NCBI GenBank assembly: GCA_035084275.1
Contig: CM068742.1
Location: 154,566,001 to 154,630,000 of the forward strand
DNA length: 64,000 nucleotides
Reading direction: 5' to 3'
Source of the DNA: Hydrolagus colliei
Lineage: Eukaryota
Under the pieces are notes generated by a model. That model had not been told where the DNA came from. It saw nothing but the letters and a program-made list of their open reading frames with translations, and ran no database searches. Position numbers and translations under genes: made by a program. Below, piece by piece: positions 50,055 to 63,642 of the stretch (positions are counted from its first letter, which is position 1; the number at the start of each line of letters is the position of its first letter).

Positions 50055-50930
50055 AGGGATTGGCTGAAGGGAAGGAAGCAGAGACCTTTGTTGAGTGAAC
50101 AATATCTTAATTTATACTATATGCTGTAGTGCAGTGACCACTTTCCTCACAACAACAACAAACTGACATTTGTATCGTGCCTTTCATGTCACAAGCAAGA
50201 GAGTTGGGTTCAATTCCCAGCAGGGTGAAATGTTGGTCAAATTTCCTTACTCCACAAGCCTCTATTTCACAAACCAGTAAGTCGACCTTGTTAGTCAATT
50301 ACCCTGGTCCCTTCAGCCTCTCCCTTCTGCCTCTGCCACGTAAGTGGGGAAAGCAACAGGTGAAATTGCAATAGATTATTTCCGCTGAACCAACTAGATA
50401 CCAGGAACATATCTAAAAAATAACAAAAAAGGAACTCAGTGAGAGTGGGGTTACAAACCCCGTCTTTACACAGAAGTGATGCAATAGTGAAAATCTTCAC
50501 AAACAACATATAATGGCACAATCCGTCAATCTATCAGATGGATCTGAATAGATGTTTGAAGTGGAGGTATATTCTTTACAGCAAGTGGTGGGAGGGGGAG
50601 TGATCCAACTACGAGTTCATATCCAAATCCCTAATTGTCCAGGGCCTTGGGACATCCTCCCAACATGAAAGTGCTGTAGAATGTCATGTATTTGGGATGT
50701 AAAGCTGTGGGCAATGTAAACGAGTATTAAACTTCATCCAGTGAGTGTAACATGGGGCGGGGGCAGAGTTAGTGTTGAAACATTGCAGAGGATCAGACAA
50801 GGGTGATGTGGGGGCTGGAGCTCTGGTGGTGACAAGGGAAATGAGGGGAGGAAGGAAAGAGAGGTGTGGCCAGCTGTGTCAGTGTGAGGCAGGCATGCGA
50901 GGGGAAGGAGTGTGTCCTGAGTGAGGGAAG

Positions 50931-53900
50931 ATGATGCTGGGAGCTGTGCTCTGTGTCCTGGTCCTGTCAGCCTCTGCCTTACGTACGTACTTTCCAATCA
51001 GTAACTATAATAACTGCTCACACGCGATTGTCACCTCAATGCTCGACTCCGGCAACTCCCTCCTTGTCGGCCTCCCCAACTCTTCCCTCCACAAGCTGCA
51101 GATAATCCCAAACTTTGCACCTCGTGTCCTCTCCCACACCAGACTGCGCGACCCTGTCACCCCCACCCTCGCCCTGGTCCACTGGCTGCCTGTCCCTCAG
51201 AGAATCAAATTCAAGATCTTGATACTCACATTCATGTCCCTCCACCCTCCTACCTCTCTGACCAGCAGATTCCCTATCAACCTACCTGTCCTTCCATTCA
51301 GCAGGCTCCAGCCTTCTCCATGTCTCCCACCCGACCCTCCCTTCCATCTTTGATGGGCTTTCAGGCTCTCTGCTCCAATTCTTTACGGTTCTATCACACA
51401 ATCCCTTTGTCTTGCTTCCTCCCTTGCCTCCTTCAATGCCAGTGTCAAGATCCTCCTTTTTGAGTGTCCCTTCAGCCGCCTTCCTATCTCTCTGGCCGCT
51501 TTCATCACAAACCTGCACCTACTCCACCACCTCGCCTATGCTTGGGTCCTGGCACCTGACTGGTCAACGCCTTGGGACATCCACCCAACATGAAAGGCGA
51601 TCCATAAATATAGTTGTTGTTGTCGTATCTCTTTAGTGGCATGATTACAGAGACAGGTGACATCTGTAAATAATGTTTTTGTCTTTAATGTTGACAGATC
51701 TGCCGCTGAGTGAGTCACTCACTGAGCCTCACAGGGCAAGTGTGTATTTGTTCATTCTGCTTCCATTTGATTTTCCAAACCTCTCTCTGTCTTGTCTTGT
51801 CTGTCCGTCTTCACTCCCCACTGATTCCCAAGGGATGGTACAAATTACCCCCAACGCATATTCTGCGATCCACAATATTTTCGTTTCCTCTTACATCAGA
51901 TGCCTGGGTGACAACAAATTATGGTATTTTTATAATACAATAGACCACAAGAGCGTTTTTCTTTCCACAAGCCACCCATTCTAATCCCTCTGTCCAGTCA
52001 CTTCCGATTCCCTACACCCTTAATATTGCTCCTCTTCAAACATCTATCCAATTCCCTTTGATAGACTTGATGGATGATGTCTTGAATCCAGTTTGTGGCA
52101 GATAATTCCACAATTCCATCCTGTGTAAAGACCAAAGTGTTTGCTTGTTAACTCTCTGCCTCTACTTTATCTGTTTTAAGCTCCTCATAGTTCCTCTTTT
52201 GTGATAGTATTAGATCTGTTCCTATTGCGATATCAGTGAAAATATATTGCTATTTCCCCTGTTCCTTGACCACATCACACCCTCTCTGCCCCCACACTCT
52301 GGAAATCCATCCCTCATCCAATTCACCTTGCTTCCTGTTTCCTCCTTCAAGGCTGGTATCAAAACCTTCCGCTTTGACCGTGCCTTCTGCTGCCCACCTA
52401 ACTATCACCACTTTCCAACTCACCATCCCCCTATCCCTACCCCGACCCTTCCCCCCCCCTGCTCGGGTCCCGACCTAACTGTTGAGTGCCTTGGACGTGG
52501 AAAGAGCTCTGAAAATGTAATTTTGTTGTTGTTGTGACTTGTTCTGACCTCTATCTGGTCGCCCCAAACCTTCTCAATTTGTGAGCCACCAATCTGTCAA
52601 ATCTCTCTTCGGATATGAAACTAATCATCTCTGTGGACTTGCCAACACACTAGGATGCATCTTTTCCATTTTTTAAAATAATGTTCCTCTAGGGATCCCC
52701 AAATTGTCTACATTAATCCCAGCTGTGACCTAACCAAGCTCTTGTCCAAGCTCAGTGTTGCCTGTTTGCTTTTATATTGTGTTCTGGTTCACATTACACC
52801 ACTTTGGTGAGGCCTCAGCTGGAATACTGTCTTCAATTCTGGTCACCACACTACAGAAAGGATGTGAAGACATTGGAAAGGGTACAAAGAAGATTTACTA
52901 GGATGGTGCCAGGATTGAGGGACTTCAGCTATGAGGAGAGGCTAGATAGGCTAGGGTTATTCTCTCTGGAGCAGAGAAGATTGAGGGGAGACCTAATAGA
53001 GGTTCATAAGATCATGAGGGGTTTCGACAGGGCAAATAGAGAAAAACTATTTCCACTCCTGGGCGAATCTGTGACTCGTGGTCACAGATTTAAAATAGTT
53101 TCAAGGCAAAGTAGAGGGGAGCTGAGGAGAAATGTTTTCACTCAGCGAGTTGTTCGAATCTGGAATGGATTGCCTGAAAAGGTGTGAATGGCTGGACAAT
53201 GGAGACCCTGATACAGTGACCGGCAGGTTAGGGTCACCAGTCATCATGTACTGCAAGTTCACTCACCCTCACCCCAGATACACAGGCAACATCACCATCA
53301 GGTGGAAGGGAGGCTGGGCTGGTCCTGTGTATTTTAAATATACAAACTATAGGCCAGATTCACAGGGAAAGTATCAAAATGTCATTGATGTAAACGAGGG
53401 AGATCGACACCGAGTGATTGGGAAACTGAGGAGGAACGACGCTACAATACAGATAAACCAGCTGAGGGGAGAGGACAATAATAAGACTTTCTCCTGTTCA
53501 ACTGTCAACTGTTCAAAAGTTCAACTGCCGTGTGGAGCTCCAGAGTGAGGGCAGACAGCTTGAAACTGGCCCCAGATACATGTCTGTATGTTACAGGTGA
53601 GGAACGATAGGAAGTGGGAATGAGACGTGATGATCCTCACTGGTGCCGGAGTCAGTGGGAAGTGTCTCGCCCAGGACGGGCAATAGGGAGCGAGTGTTCC
53701 CAGTGAAGGAAGGTGTGTAACAGGGGCTGGCAGGGACAGTGAGTGAGCGGCTGATGGGAGGGAGGGCTGTGCTGTACACTGACCTGTCACTGTGGGAATG
53801 TCTATTTGCCAAGGCTCCTCACATGTGTGTAACATGTACTGTGTCACACTGACTGCGCTTCAGTATTCCAATCCTGTTCCTGTCTCAGGTCATGAAGAGA

Positions 53901-55041
53901 AGCTCCCGTCAGTGATTGGTACCAAGGGAGGTGATGCCACACTGCCCTGCTCCTTCACCAGGCCCAACACACACCAGAATCCTGCCACAGTCACAGTGAT
54001 TTGGAGGAGAGGGAGGCCACAAGGGCAGCCGGTTACTAATGACACTGTTGACCTCACCTCCCGCTCCAACCCCAGGGAGTCAGAGACAGTGAATGAAGGA
54101 AATCGCTATAACCTGGTCGGGAATGTGAGGGATGGAGACGCTTCCCTGAGGATCAGGGACCTGGAGTTAAACGACACCAACCGGTATTTCTGTAACGTAC
54201 ACGTCATGTTTATCCTTAACAGACAACAACAGGACCAGATGACACAGGACTTATGACACGGATACAGGTTTTTGGTAAGAAATCTCTTGTCACTGCGGGT
54301 CACTGAATTGGGTAAATAAACAGGTCAATGTTCACTTGGTTTTAACAACGTTAAGTTTGTTTAATTCCATATTCTGCTTCTCATGTGTTAATTAGCACAC
54401 AGAATATATTCGGAATGAGCAGAAACTTTAGTTGATACAGGAGACAGTGTTTCTTCCCTCTCGTCTGATGTTGACTGGCTAGTCAAAGCCTTAACAATTA
54501 GACTCACTTTTACCACCGCATTTCCTACCCTACTCTCTTCCTGATCCCAAATTCCAGCTTTGGTGGTGGTGGAAATCCTGATTTGGGAATTCCACCCCGT
54601 GTGAAAGCCACGCTACAAATGTGATTGTTTATTGTGGCTTAAAGTAGCAGGAAGCTTGCCATGGGGTGTGTACAAGATTACGGAATGACAAGATTGGTCT
54701 GGGCGATGAAAGCCCATCTGATGTGAAAAGCGTTAAACAAATGTAACTCTGTTGTTGTTGTTCATCTCATCTTTGCAAAACACACACCTACTGTCCACGC
54801 ATCGCATCATCAAGTTGCTTTGTAAATGAATCCAGTGTCCTGGCCTCAAATACCCTTCCTGGCAACCTGATCCAGTTGTGCGAGTGTGCAACAATGGGGA
54901 GAGAATGACTGGGATCAGAGTGGAGAGCTCCAGTGGGGAGTGAGCACAGACATGATGCGGAAATATATTTGGTAACAATAACTCTGTTTCTTTATATCCA
55001 AAGCTCCGGCCTTCATCCTGACTCTGTCTCTCGTGGCTGGT
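50931..55041 (+). pseudogene. Siglec-15-like pseudogene B3
   Basis: Leader 50931-50982. V1 53182-53596 frameshifted. V2 53889-54274 with TGA 54254-54256. Exon 4 fragment 55004-55041. Confidence 0.85.
52802..53183 (+). mobile_element. CR1 LINE fragment (copy in B3)
   Basis: Same sequence and junctions as 34977-35358. Confidence 0.92.
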
Positions 55042-55779
55042 CCACAGAATGAGGGGAGGATGGAAATAGAAGGGTGAACAGTTGAGTTAGTGTAAGCAGG
55101 CAAGAGAGGGGACATGGTGAAGAGATGATGCTGGGAGCTGTGCTCTGTCCCTAGTCCCGTCAGCCTCTGCGGGTTTTAGTGTTGGCCTAATCGAGGTAGG
55201 AATTGGGAAAATAGGAAAATAGGAATAGATTATTTCTGCTGATCAGCCAGTTAGTTACAAGAGGAACATATCTAAAACCACGACAAAAAAGGAACCAAGG
55301 GGAGGTTAGAATCCCTGTCTTTACACAGAAGGGGTGCAATTGTCGAATTCAGTTACAAACAATAATTAAGGCAAAATCCGTCAACTCTATGAAGGGGTTT
55401 GAATAGATATTTGAAGAGGAGATACAGTAAAAGGTGTGGTGGGAGGGGGAGTGGCCCAACTCCATCGGGTCCAAATCCATAATTGTCCAGTGCCTTGGGA
55501 CATCCTCCCAACATGAAAGTGCTGTACAATGTCGTGTATTTGGGATATAAAGCTGTGGGCAATGTAAACGAGTATTAAACTTCACTCAGTGAGTGTAACA
55601 TGGGGCGGGGGCAGACTTAGTGTTGAAACATAGCAGAGGATCAGACAAGGGTGATGTGGGGGGGTGGAGCTCTGGTGGTGAAAAGGGAAGTGAGGGGAGG
55701 AAGGAAAGAGAGGTGTGACCAGCTGTGTCAGTGCGAGGCAGGCGTGCGAGGGGAAGGAGTGTGTCCTGAGTGAGGGAAG

Positions 55780-58700
55780 ATGATGCTGGGAGCTGTGCTC
55801 TGTGCCCTGGTCCTGTCAGCCTCTGCCTTACGTACGTACTTTCCAATCAGTAACTATAATTAATAATAATAATCAATAATAATAATCCATCCAAAAAAAA
55901 CCCACAATAATAAAATTGGTGATTCACTCCACGACTGTTGGTTGGACACTGCTGTGCATAATTGGCTGCCGGGATTTGCCCACAAATATATAGTCAATTC
56001 ACTTTACAGTATATTCTGTGAAGCGCTTTGGGACGTAGATAAGATGTGAAAAGCGCTGTATCAAATGCAAGGATTATTATTATTATTATAATAATAAATG
56101 CTCACACGCGATTGTCACCTCAATGTTCGGCTCCGGCAACTCCCTCCTGGTCGGCCTCCCCAACTCTTCCCTCCACAAGCTGCAGATAATCCCAAACTTT
56201 GCACCTCGTGTCCTCTCCCACACCAGGCTCTGTGACCCTATCACTCCCACCCTCGCCCGTATCCAGTGAGGAGATCTCAGAGGATTGAATTCCAGATTCA
56301 CATACTCATGTACAAGACTCCCCACCCTCCTACCTCGCTGACCTGCTGATCCCCTCTCCACCTATCTGCTCTCTCCATTCAGCAAGCTCCGGCCTTCTCC
56401 ATGTATCCCGCCTGACCCGCTCTTCCAACTTTGGTGGGCGTGCAGACCCTCTGCTCCTATGCTTCTTGGAACTCAATTGAATAATCCCTTCACCTTGCTT
56501 CCTTACATGCCTCGTTCAAGGCTGGTCTCAAGCCCTTCCTTTTTGACTGTCCCTTCAGCTGCTATCCTGTCTCATGCCAACCCTGGCCACCCAACCCACC
56601 TCCCCCATACTTGAGTCCTGACTCCTGACTGTTCAGCGCCTTGGGACGTCCTCCCAACATGAAAGGCGCTCTACACATGTGGTTGTTGTGGTTGTTTATC
56701 TTTTAGTGGCATGATTACATGTGTAATGATTACAAGTGTGTGTTTGTTAACTCTGCCTCCGTTTGATTTCCCCAATCTCTGTCTTGTCTGTGTTACTTTT
56801 CACTTGCCACTGGAGCTCTTTACTCTAAACTGATTCCCAAGTGTCAGTGCTAGTTAAACCGTATCAGTTACCCCCAAACCACATTCTGGGGTCCTCTTGT
56901 ATCAGACACCTGGGTGACAACAAATGGTGGTATTTTTATATTACACCCAGACCACAACAGCGTTTTTCTTTCCACAAGCCACCCATAGTAACCCCTCTGA
57001 CCTGTCACTCTCCTTCCCCCTCACTCTTAATATGCCTCCTCTTCTATCCAATTCTCTTTGATAGACTTGACGGATGATGCATGAAATCCAGTTTGTGGCA
57101 CATAATTCCACAAATCCACCCATTCTGTGTAAAGACAGGAAAACCAAAGTGTTTCCTTGTTAACTCTGCTTCTACTTTACCTGTTTAAGATCCTCATAAT
57201 TCCTTTTTTGAGATGGTGTTAGATGTGTTCTTCTTGAGACTGTCTGTCTGGTCTATTTCCAGATCTGCTAGAATTTGTTGCTATTTCCCCTGTTGTGATC
57301 TGTTGTGATATCTGGTCGCTCCACACCTTCTCCGTTCTTCAGCCACCAATCTCTCAAATCTCTCTTCAGATCTGAAACCCCTCATCTCTGGGAATGTGCC
57401 AATAAACTAGCAATTTGTTTTCCATTGCTGTTATTTCGTTCTTACAGAGAATCCCAAACTGTCTCAAAATTCCAAACCAAGCTCTTGTCCAAGCTCAGTG
57501 TTGCCTGTTTGCTTTTATATTGTGTTCTGGTTCACATTACACCATGTGTGTCCTCACAGGGATCAGTGTGAATGGCTGGACAATGGAGATCCCTGATACA
57601 GTGACTGGCAGGTTAGGGTCACCAGTCATCACGTACTGCAAGTTCACTCACCCTCACCCCAGATACACAGGTAACATCACCATCATGTGGAAGGGAGGCT
57701 GGGCTGGTCCTGTGTATTTTAATTATACAAACTATAGGCCAGATTCACAGGGAAAGTATCAAAATGTCATTGATGTAAACGAGAGAGATCGATATCGAGT
57801 GATTTGGAACCCGAGGAGGAACGACGCTACAATACAGATAACGCAGCTGAGGGGAGAGGACAATAATAAGAATTTCTCCTGTCGTGTGGAGCTCCAGGGT
57901 GAGGATGGAAAGTTTGAAACTGGCCCCAGAACACGTCTGTATGTTACAGGTGAGGAAAGATGAAGTGGGAATGAGACGTGATGATCCTCACTGGTGCCGG
58001 AGACATATTGTGAGGGTAATTATGTATGGAACTCTCACTGGTTTAGATATTCTTAACAATGGTGACAGATTTCTCCATGTATAAGGCAAATGTCTGCCCA
58101 AATACAAGAGATTTTCTCCTTGGGTCATCACCAAAAATCCTCCATGTTTATCAGTCAATCATTTCATAACCATTGAGATCTTTGATCTGAGTAAAGTGAC
58201 TGCAAAAGTGTCACTATATTTATAGTAACAAATAAAAATAATTATTCTAGTTCATATTACATCTGATTACATTTTCTTGATATACAGATCAATAGAATAC
58301 TCTATCAAGTGAATTGACTGTATATTTTTTTGGCAAAATATGGTAGACAATTGCACACAGCAGTTTCCCATAGATGCTCGTGGATTGAGTAACCAAAGCT
58401 TTGTTTAAGGGATTATTACCAAGCAAAGAAATACGCCAATCAAAGAAAACAATGGTTTCCTATGTAGCCTTAGGTAAACAGACATGTGTGGACAAAGGAA
58501 AATTACCCAAAGTTTTTCCCTACCCATGAATCAAGCTCAGGTGCTCTATATTATGAGGCAAGTGTGCTAAGCTACAAGACTGATCAGTAAGAAGGTTGTT
58601 GGCGCTATTAAAAGCCAAAGTTTAATTAGTGAGACATTGCTGCCCACAATCTCAGAGAGGGTGAGTGAGGAGCACAGGCCTGAGGGAGATAGTGCCATGA

Positions 58701-61700
58701 AAAGCAGGAATATACAGGATGTGTAACATGTACTGTGTCTCACTGACTGCTCTGCACTATTCCAATCCTGTTCCTGTCTCAGGTCATGAAGAGAAGCTCC
58801 CGTCAGTGACTGGTACCAAGGGAGGTGATGCCACACTGCCCTGCTCCTTCACCAGGCCCAACACACACCAGAATCGTGCCAGAGTCACAGTGATTTGGAG
58901 GAGAGGGAGGCCACAAGGGCAGCCAGTTTCTAATGACACTCTTGACCTCACCGCTCGCTCCAACCCCAGGGAGTCAGAGACAGTGAATGAAGGAAATCGC
59001 TATAACCTGGTTGGGAATGTGAGGGATGGAGACGGTTCCCTGAGGATCAAGGACCTGGAGTTAAACAACAACGACCAATATTTCTGTCACGTACACGTCA
59101 TGTTTATCAATAAGGAAAAACAACTGGACCATGTGACACAGGACACATCACGGCTGCTGGTTGTTGGTAAGAAATCTCTTGTCTCTGTGGGACATGGAAA
59201 GGGGTAAATGTCAATGTTCACGGGCGCATCATTACAGACTAGGTTTGTCTCATTCCTTACCCTGTGCCTCACGTGTTAATTAGCACAAGAAACATGTTAT
59301 GAAACAGCGGAACCTTTTCCCTGGGGGGAGGGATTCTTCTCACTTGCCTCCCGTTAACACTGCAGCCAAAGTTAGGGTGATCCTAGCTGGACAAGCAGCC
59401 GGTATCTTGCCAATGACATGTGACGTAGTTGTCACAAGATCACAGGATTGGTCTGAATGAAGAAACCACATCTAATCTTATCCTTACTGAACCCCCCAAT
59501 CACCCCCTAATCCCTACCAACCCCTCGCCCCCCAATACATTGGTATCAAGCGGAGTCTAAAAGTCTGTAATTGCTCTGCCTGAAGGGAAATTGGATAGAT
59601 ACGTAAACAGGAAACATTTTCAGGGCTCTGGGGTAAGAGTGGGATAGAATGACTATTTGAGAGATCCTGTGGCTTGGAGCACTTGCCGTACAAGCCCGAG
59701 GACCTGGGTTAGATTTTTGCGCTGGGGAAACCATTGTGGGCAAACTTCCTTACTCCAAACACGTGTTTACCCAGGAATGAGTGTGAATCCAGCTGTTAGT
59801 TCATTGGCAGGTAATTTTCTGGGGTAATAATAGCTTAAAGAGAAAAGAAAAAAGCAGGCAATGAGATTAGAGCATAAAACTAACAACAGCAAAATTACAT
59901 TTGTATAGTATCTTTTATGTTGGGGGGCCATCTGAAGAACACCAGTGAGTAAGCGAGTACCAGCGGATATGACGGGAAAATTTATTTATTCAGAATAACT
60001 CTGTGTTTCTTTATACCCAAAGCTCCGGCCGTCATCCTGACTATGTCCCTCGTGGCCAGTGATGGAGCCGGAGGTGGCATCATGTGCACGGCTGAGGGGG
60101 AACCACCAGCCACCATCACATGGATCGACCCCCAGAATAACACGCTGCCCGTCAACACCCACATGTCAATCACACATATACCAGACATGTATCTAACCTT
60201 GGGGGAAATCTGGGACCTGAGGCTGTGGGGAACTTACCGCTGTGTAGCTGAGAACACACAGGGCAGTGACACCCGAGACATCCTCGTCACTGCCCTACAG
60301 AATGATGTGGACAAGGAGAGTGACAGGGACAAGGAGAGACACAGGGACAAGGAGAGTGACGGGGACAAGGAGAGTGATGGGGACAGCGAGAGTAATGGGG
60401 ACAGTAATTTACATATCAAGGTCCCCATTGTGGTGCTGGTTGTTCTGCTGATTGCCTTCATTGTCCATTGGGTAAAGAGAGGTAGGTGTTTACAGATGTA
60501 ATGATTATGTGGATTTGTGGATTCCTGTAGCTCAGTGGTCACTGAGTATTCGACTTACAAACATGAGACCTGCGTTCAATTCCAGGCAGGGTGAAACATT
60601 TGCCAAGTTTCCTTATTCCACCCGCCTGATAATAATCACTCAAATAATCAATAATAAATTGGTCATTTCAATCCATGTCTGTTTGTGGGATTTTGCTATG
60701 TGCAAGTGGCTGCCTCATTTAGCCCACAAATATACAGTACAGACAATTCACTTTACAGTATATTCTGTGAAGCACTTTGAGACTTCTAGGAGATGTGAAA
60801 AGCGCTATCTCAAATGCAAGGATTATTATTATTATTCCAAATGAGTCTAGCACAGCCAATCGCTCCCTCATCTCTGACTCAGCAAATATTCTGCCATATA
60901 CACACACTTGGCAACCACATCATCATCATCATCATCGTAATAATAAACCTTGTATTTGGTATAGCGCTGTTCACATCTTATCGACGTCTCAAAGCGCTTC
61001 ACTGAATATACTGTAAAGTGAATTGACTGTATATTTGTGAGCAAATCGCAGCAGCCAATTGCGCACAGCAGTGTCCCCACAAACAGTCGTGGATTGAAAT
61101 GACCCATTTTATTATCGTGGTTTTTTCGGACGGATTAGCATTAGGTTGGAGTAAGGAAACTTGCTGAAGATTTTGCCCTGACCTGCCTGGATTCGAACAC
61201 AGGTCTCTCCAGCTTGGTCTCCTTAGCTTGCAAGACAAGTGCTCTAACCACTCAGCCACAGGAGCTCCACCTGGTTAATAATAAGCAGAAGGAGACGAAG
61301 AAAAATTCTTGCATTTGGTATTGCCAGCCGGTGGTATATCTGGCTTCCTGTTTAGTAACCATAGTTACATAACACAATAGGAAGAGAACAGTTTGCCACA
61401 AGCCTTTCACTGGAATAACGTACACACTTACCAAACCAGCAAAACATCTAAAGCAATATCAAGTGAAATAATGATTATTATGATGATTATTATCTCTCCC
61501 CTTGCTTTCGTCTCTTCAGGTGTCAGAGTTTTCCGCCAGCGTTCAGAGAGGTGAGTGTGTCTTTCTAATGCCTTTTACTTTCCATTGACATTCAAGTTGC
61601 AAAAGGCTATTGAGCACCATGTCTGGCAAGCTTCCTGCTTCTCTCTCCAGCTACGACCACCCTACCAATTGGAGCTTTGGCTTGCAGGGTTAATAGGATG

Positions 61701-63642
61701 AGTATGAGGATTCCCTGACACCAGTGGCTGGTCTTCCCTTCCAATTCTTGCCAATGAGTAGACTGGCTTTGCTGTCACCAGCAGTGCCCTATAATATTAG
61801 ATACTCACCTGGCTCAGGAACAAGACTGAAGACCCACAGATTGTTGGCTTGAATCTGACATTCTGTTTCCAAGCATGTCACCTTGGAGCCAGAGAAGCCA
61901 AGGAAACACCGTGTAGCTTAATCTAGACAAACACCATGCACACAATCCTGTGGCCAAGCTGAGGCTTGGACTCTTCAGACAAGAGCTTTTGCCCTGTGTT
62001 CTATGCCAACAATCACCTCAGTAAACCAATGATAGTTTGTGTGGAAGTTGTTACATGAGCATTGGCTGATGTCATTCTCATCAAATACAAAGTCATTACA
62101 CTTTACAGTAAATCCTGTGAAGTGCTATAAGACGTCCTCCTGATGTGAAAGACATGGTATCAAATGTGAGGATTATTAACGATGAGGTTTATCTTCCATC
62201 CTCTATAAAATGTAAAACATAAAATATAAAATGTTTTCTCTTTATTTTTTAGTCGTCAAATGGATTTGGTTGTTGACAACGATTTGGTTCACCCTCAGCT
62301 GCCTACATGAGACGGTAACTGTTTTCTCTCGATTACCGATGGCACAATTTTCACCCCGTGCTTTCACTAACCCAGGGCTGTGTCTCAGCTTTGCTCAGTC
62401 AGTGACACTCTCACCTCTGGCTCTGGGTGTCTTACCTTCAAATCCCTCCACTCCTCTGCACCCCCCCTACCTGTCTAAACTCCTCTCTCCTCAAACCAGT
62501 TCCCGTTGCCTTCGCTCCACTGGGTCTGGCCTGCTTCATGTCCCGTGAATCCTCCGCTCCACCCTCGGTGGCTGTGCCTGCAGCCACTATGCCCCAAGGC
62601 TCTGGAACTCCCTTCCTCACTCCCTTCATCTTGCCCCTTCTTTTCTCAGTTTCAGGTCCCATCTGAAGACCTTTCTCTTCGACCGTGCCTTTGGTCACCT
62701 TTCTCCTGCCCCTGGCTCGGTTCCGGGGTCCACTATTGTGAAGTACTCTGAGATGCCGTCCGTCGTGGAGGGCCCAATATAAATCAAAGTTGTTGTTGTT
62801 GTTGTACTATATATACTGTACGATTTTGTTTTTTGTTGTTGGGAGGGCATCCTTGAAGTGCAGTGTTAGAAAAGAGAAAGAAGTTTCTCTGGGTGTCCAG
62901 ATTAAATTGTTTATCTACTTCATGGCTCTTTGTGGGTCCATATTGATTATCGCATTCGACAACAATAACAAAAAGAACAACAAAATTACATATGTGTGGC
63001 GCCTTTCACGTCAGGAGGACATCCCATGGTGCTGGACAGTTACTGCTTCAGACCTGAGCAGAGCACAGGTCTGGGCGGGGGGGGAAGGAGTTGTCGGTGA
63101 GTCTATCGAAGAGGAGATTCTTGAATCGAGACTTGAAAGAGTACAGTCGGGGGGCGAGGCCGAGGATCTTCGGGATGGAGTTCCAGAAGTTGGGGTCAGA
63201 GTGATTGAAGGCTCAACAAATCCAGTCGCAACATAACACAGTGAATCCTGTCAAATGCTATCAGATGTACTACGATATGTTTTCTCAATGTCATAGCACC
63301 ACTTTGCTATGTCCCTCAAATGTGAAATACATAATAAATTATTGTTGCTGTTGTTATTAAATCAAATGGAATAATATCCAGCCCCCAGGGCCTGGCATGT
63401 GGTTCCAATTCCCTTTTCATTGTTCATTCCGTGAACCCTTTGTCCGAGCTTTGGGGACTGGGCTTCAGACGTTAAACCCGTATCTCTGGACTTCCACATA
63501 CACAGTACATACACACTCCATTTGATAACTAGTGTCATATTTCCTTTGTGAACCCGATTTCCAATTGCTAATTATTTACCAACATTGTCTGTCTCTCCTT
63601 CAGAAGTGTACGGAAATTCTACCATCAGAACCGTCGATGACA
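55780..63642 (+). CDS. SIGLEC15-like: Siglec-15-like receptor A4 (truncated tail; last exon beyond window)
   Basis: Exons 55780-55831, 57560-57949, 58783-59166, 60023-60481, 61520-61550, 62253-62314 (TGA 62308-62310), 63604-63642. Confidence 0.85.
55860..56097 (+). mobile_element. 5'-truncated SINE inserted only in A4 intron 1
   Basis: SINE 3' half with an (ATT)n tail, inserted at actataat^aa. Absent from A1-A3 and B2-B3. Confidence 0.75.
57560..57949 (+). CDS. A4 V-set domain 1 exon
   Basis: Open 390-nt exon, NFSCRVE...KFET. Confidence 0.9.
58783..59166 (+). CDS. A4 V-set domain 2 exon
   Basis: Open 384-nt exon with canonical splice sites. Confidence 0.9.
60023..60481 (+). CDS. A4 C2+stalk+TM exon
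   Basis: Open 459-nt exon with canonical splice sites. Confidence 0.9.

Larger units (their letters stand above)
20133..55779 (+). repeat. Tandem segmental duplication, ~17.82-kb unit (gene A + gene B)
   Basis: Leader ATGs at 20133, 37955 and 55780 (A) and at 33109 and 50931 (B) give offsets of 17822-17825. Units 2 and 3 are nearly identical. Confidence 0.95.

Noticed and set aside
20133-55779. Whole array as a pure haplotype-duplication artefact
   Set aside because: At least three clearly distinct A types plus diagnostic indels in the B copies cannot come from two haplotypes alone. Only the A2/A3 pair remains in doubt.
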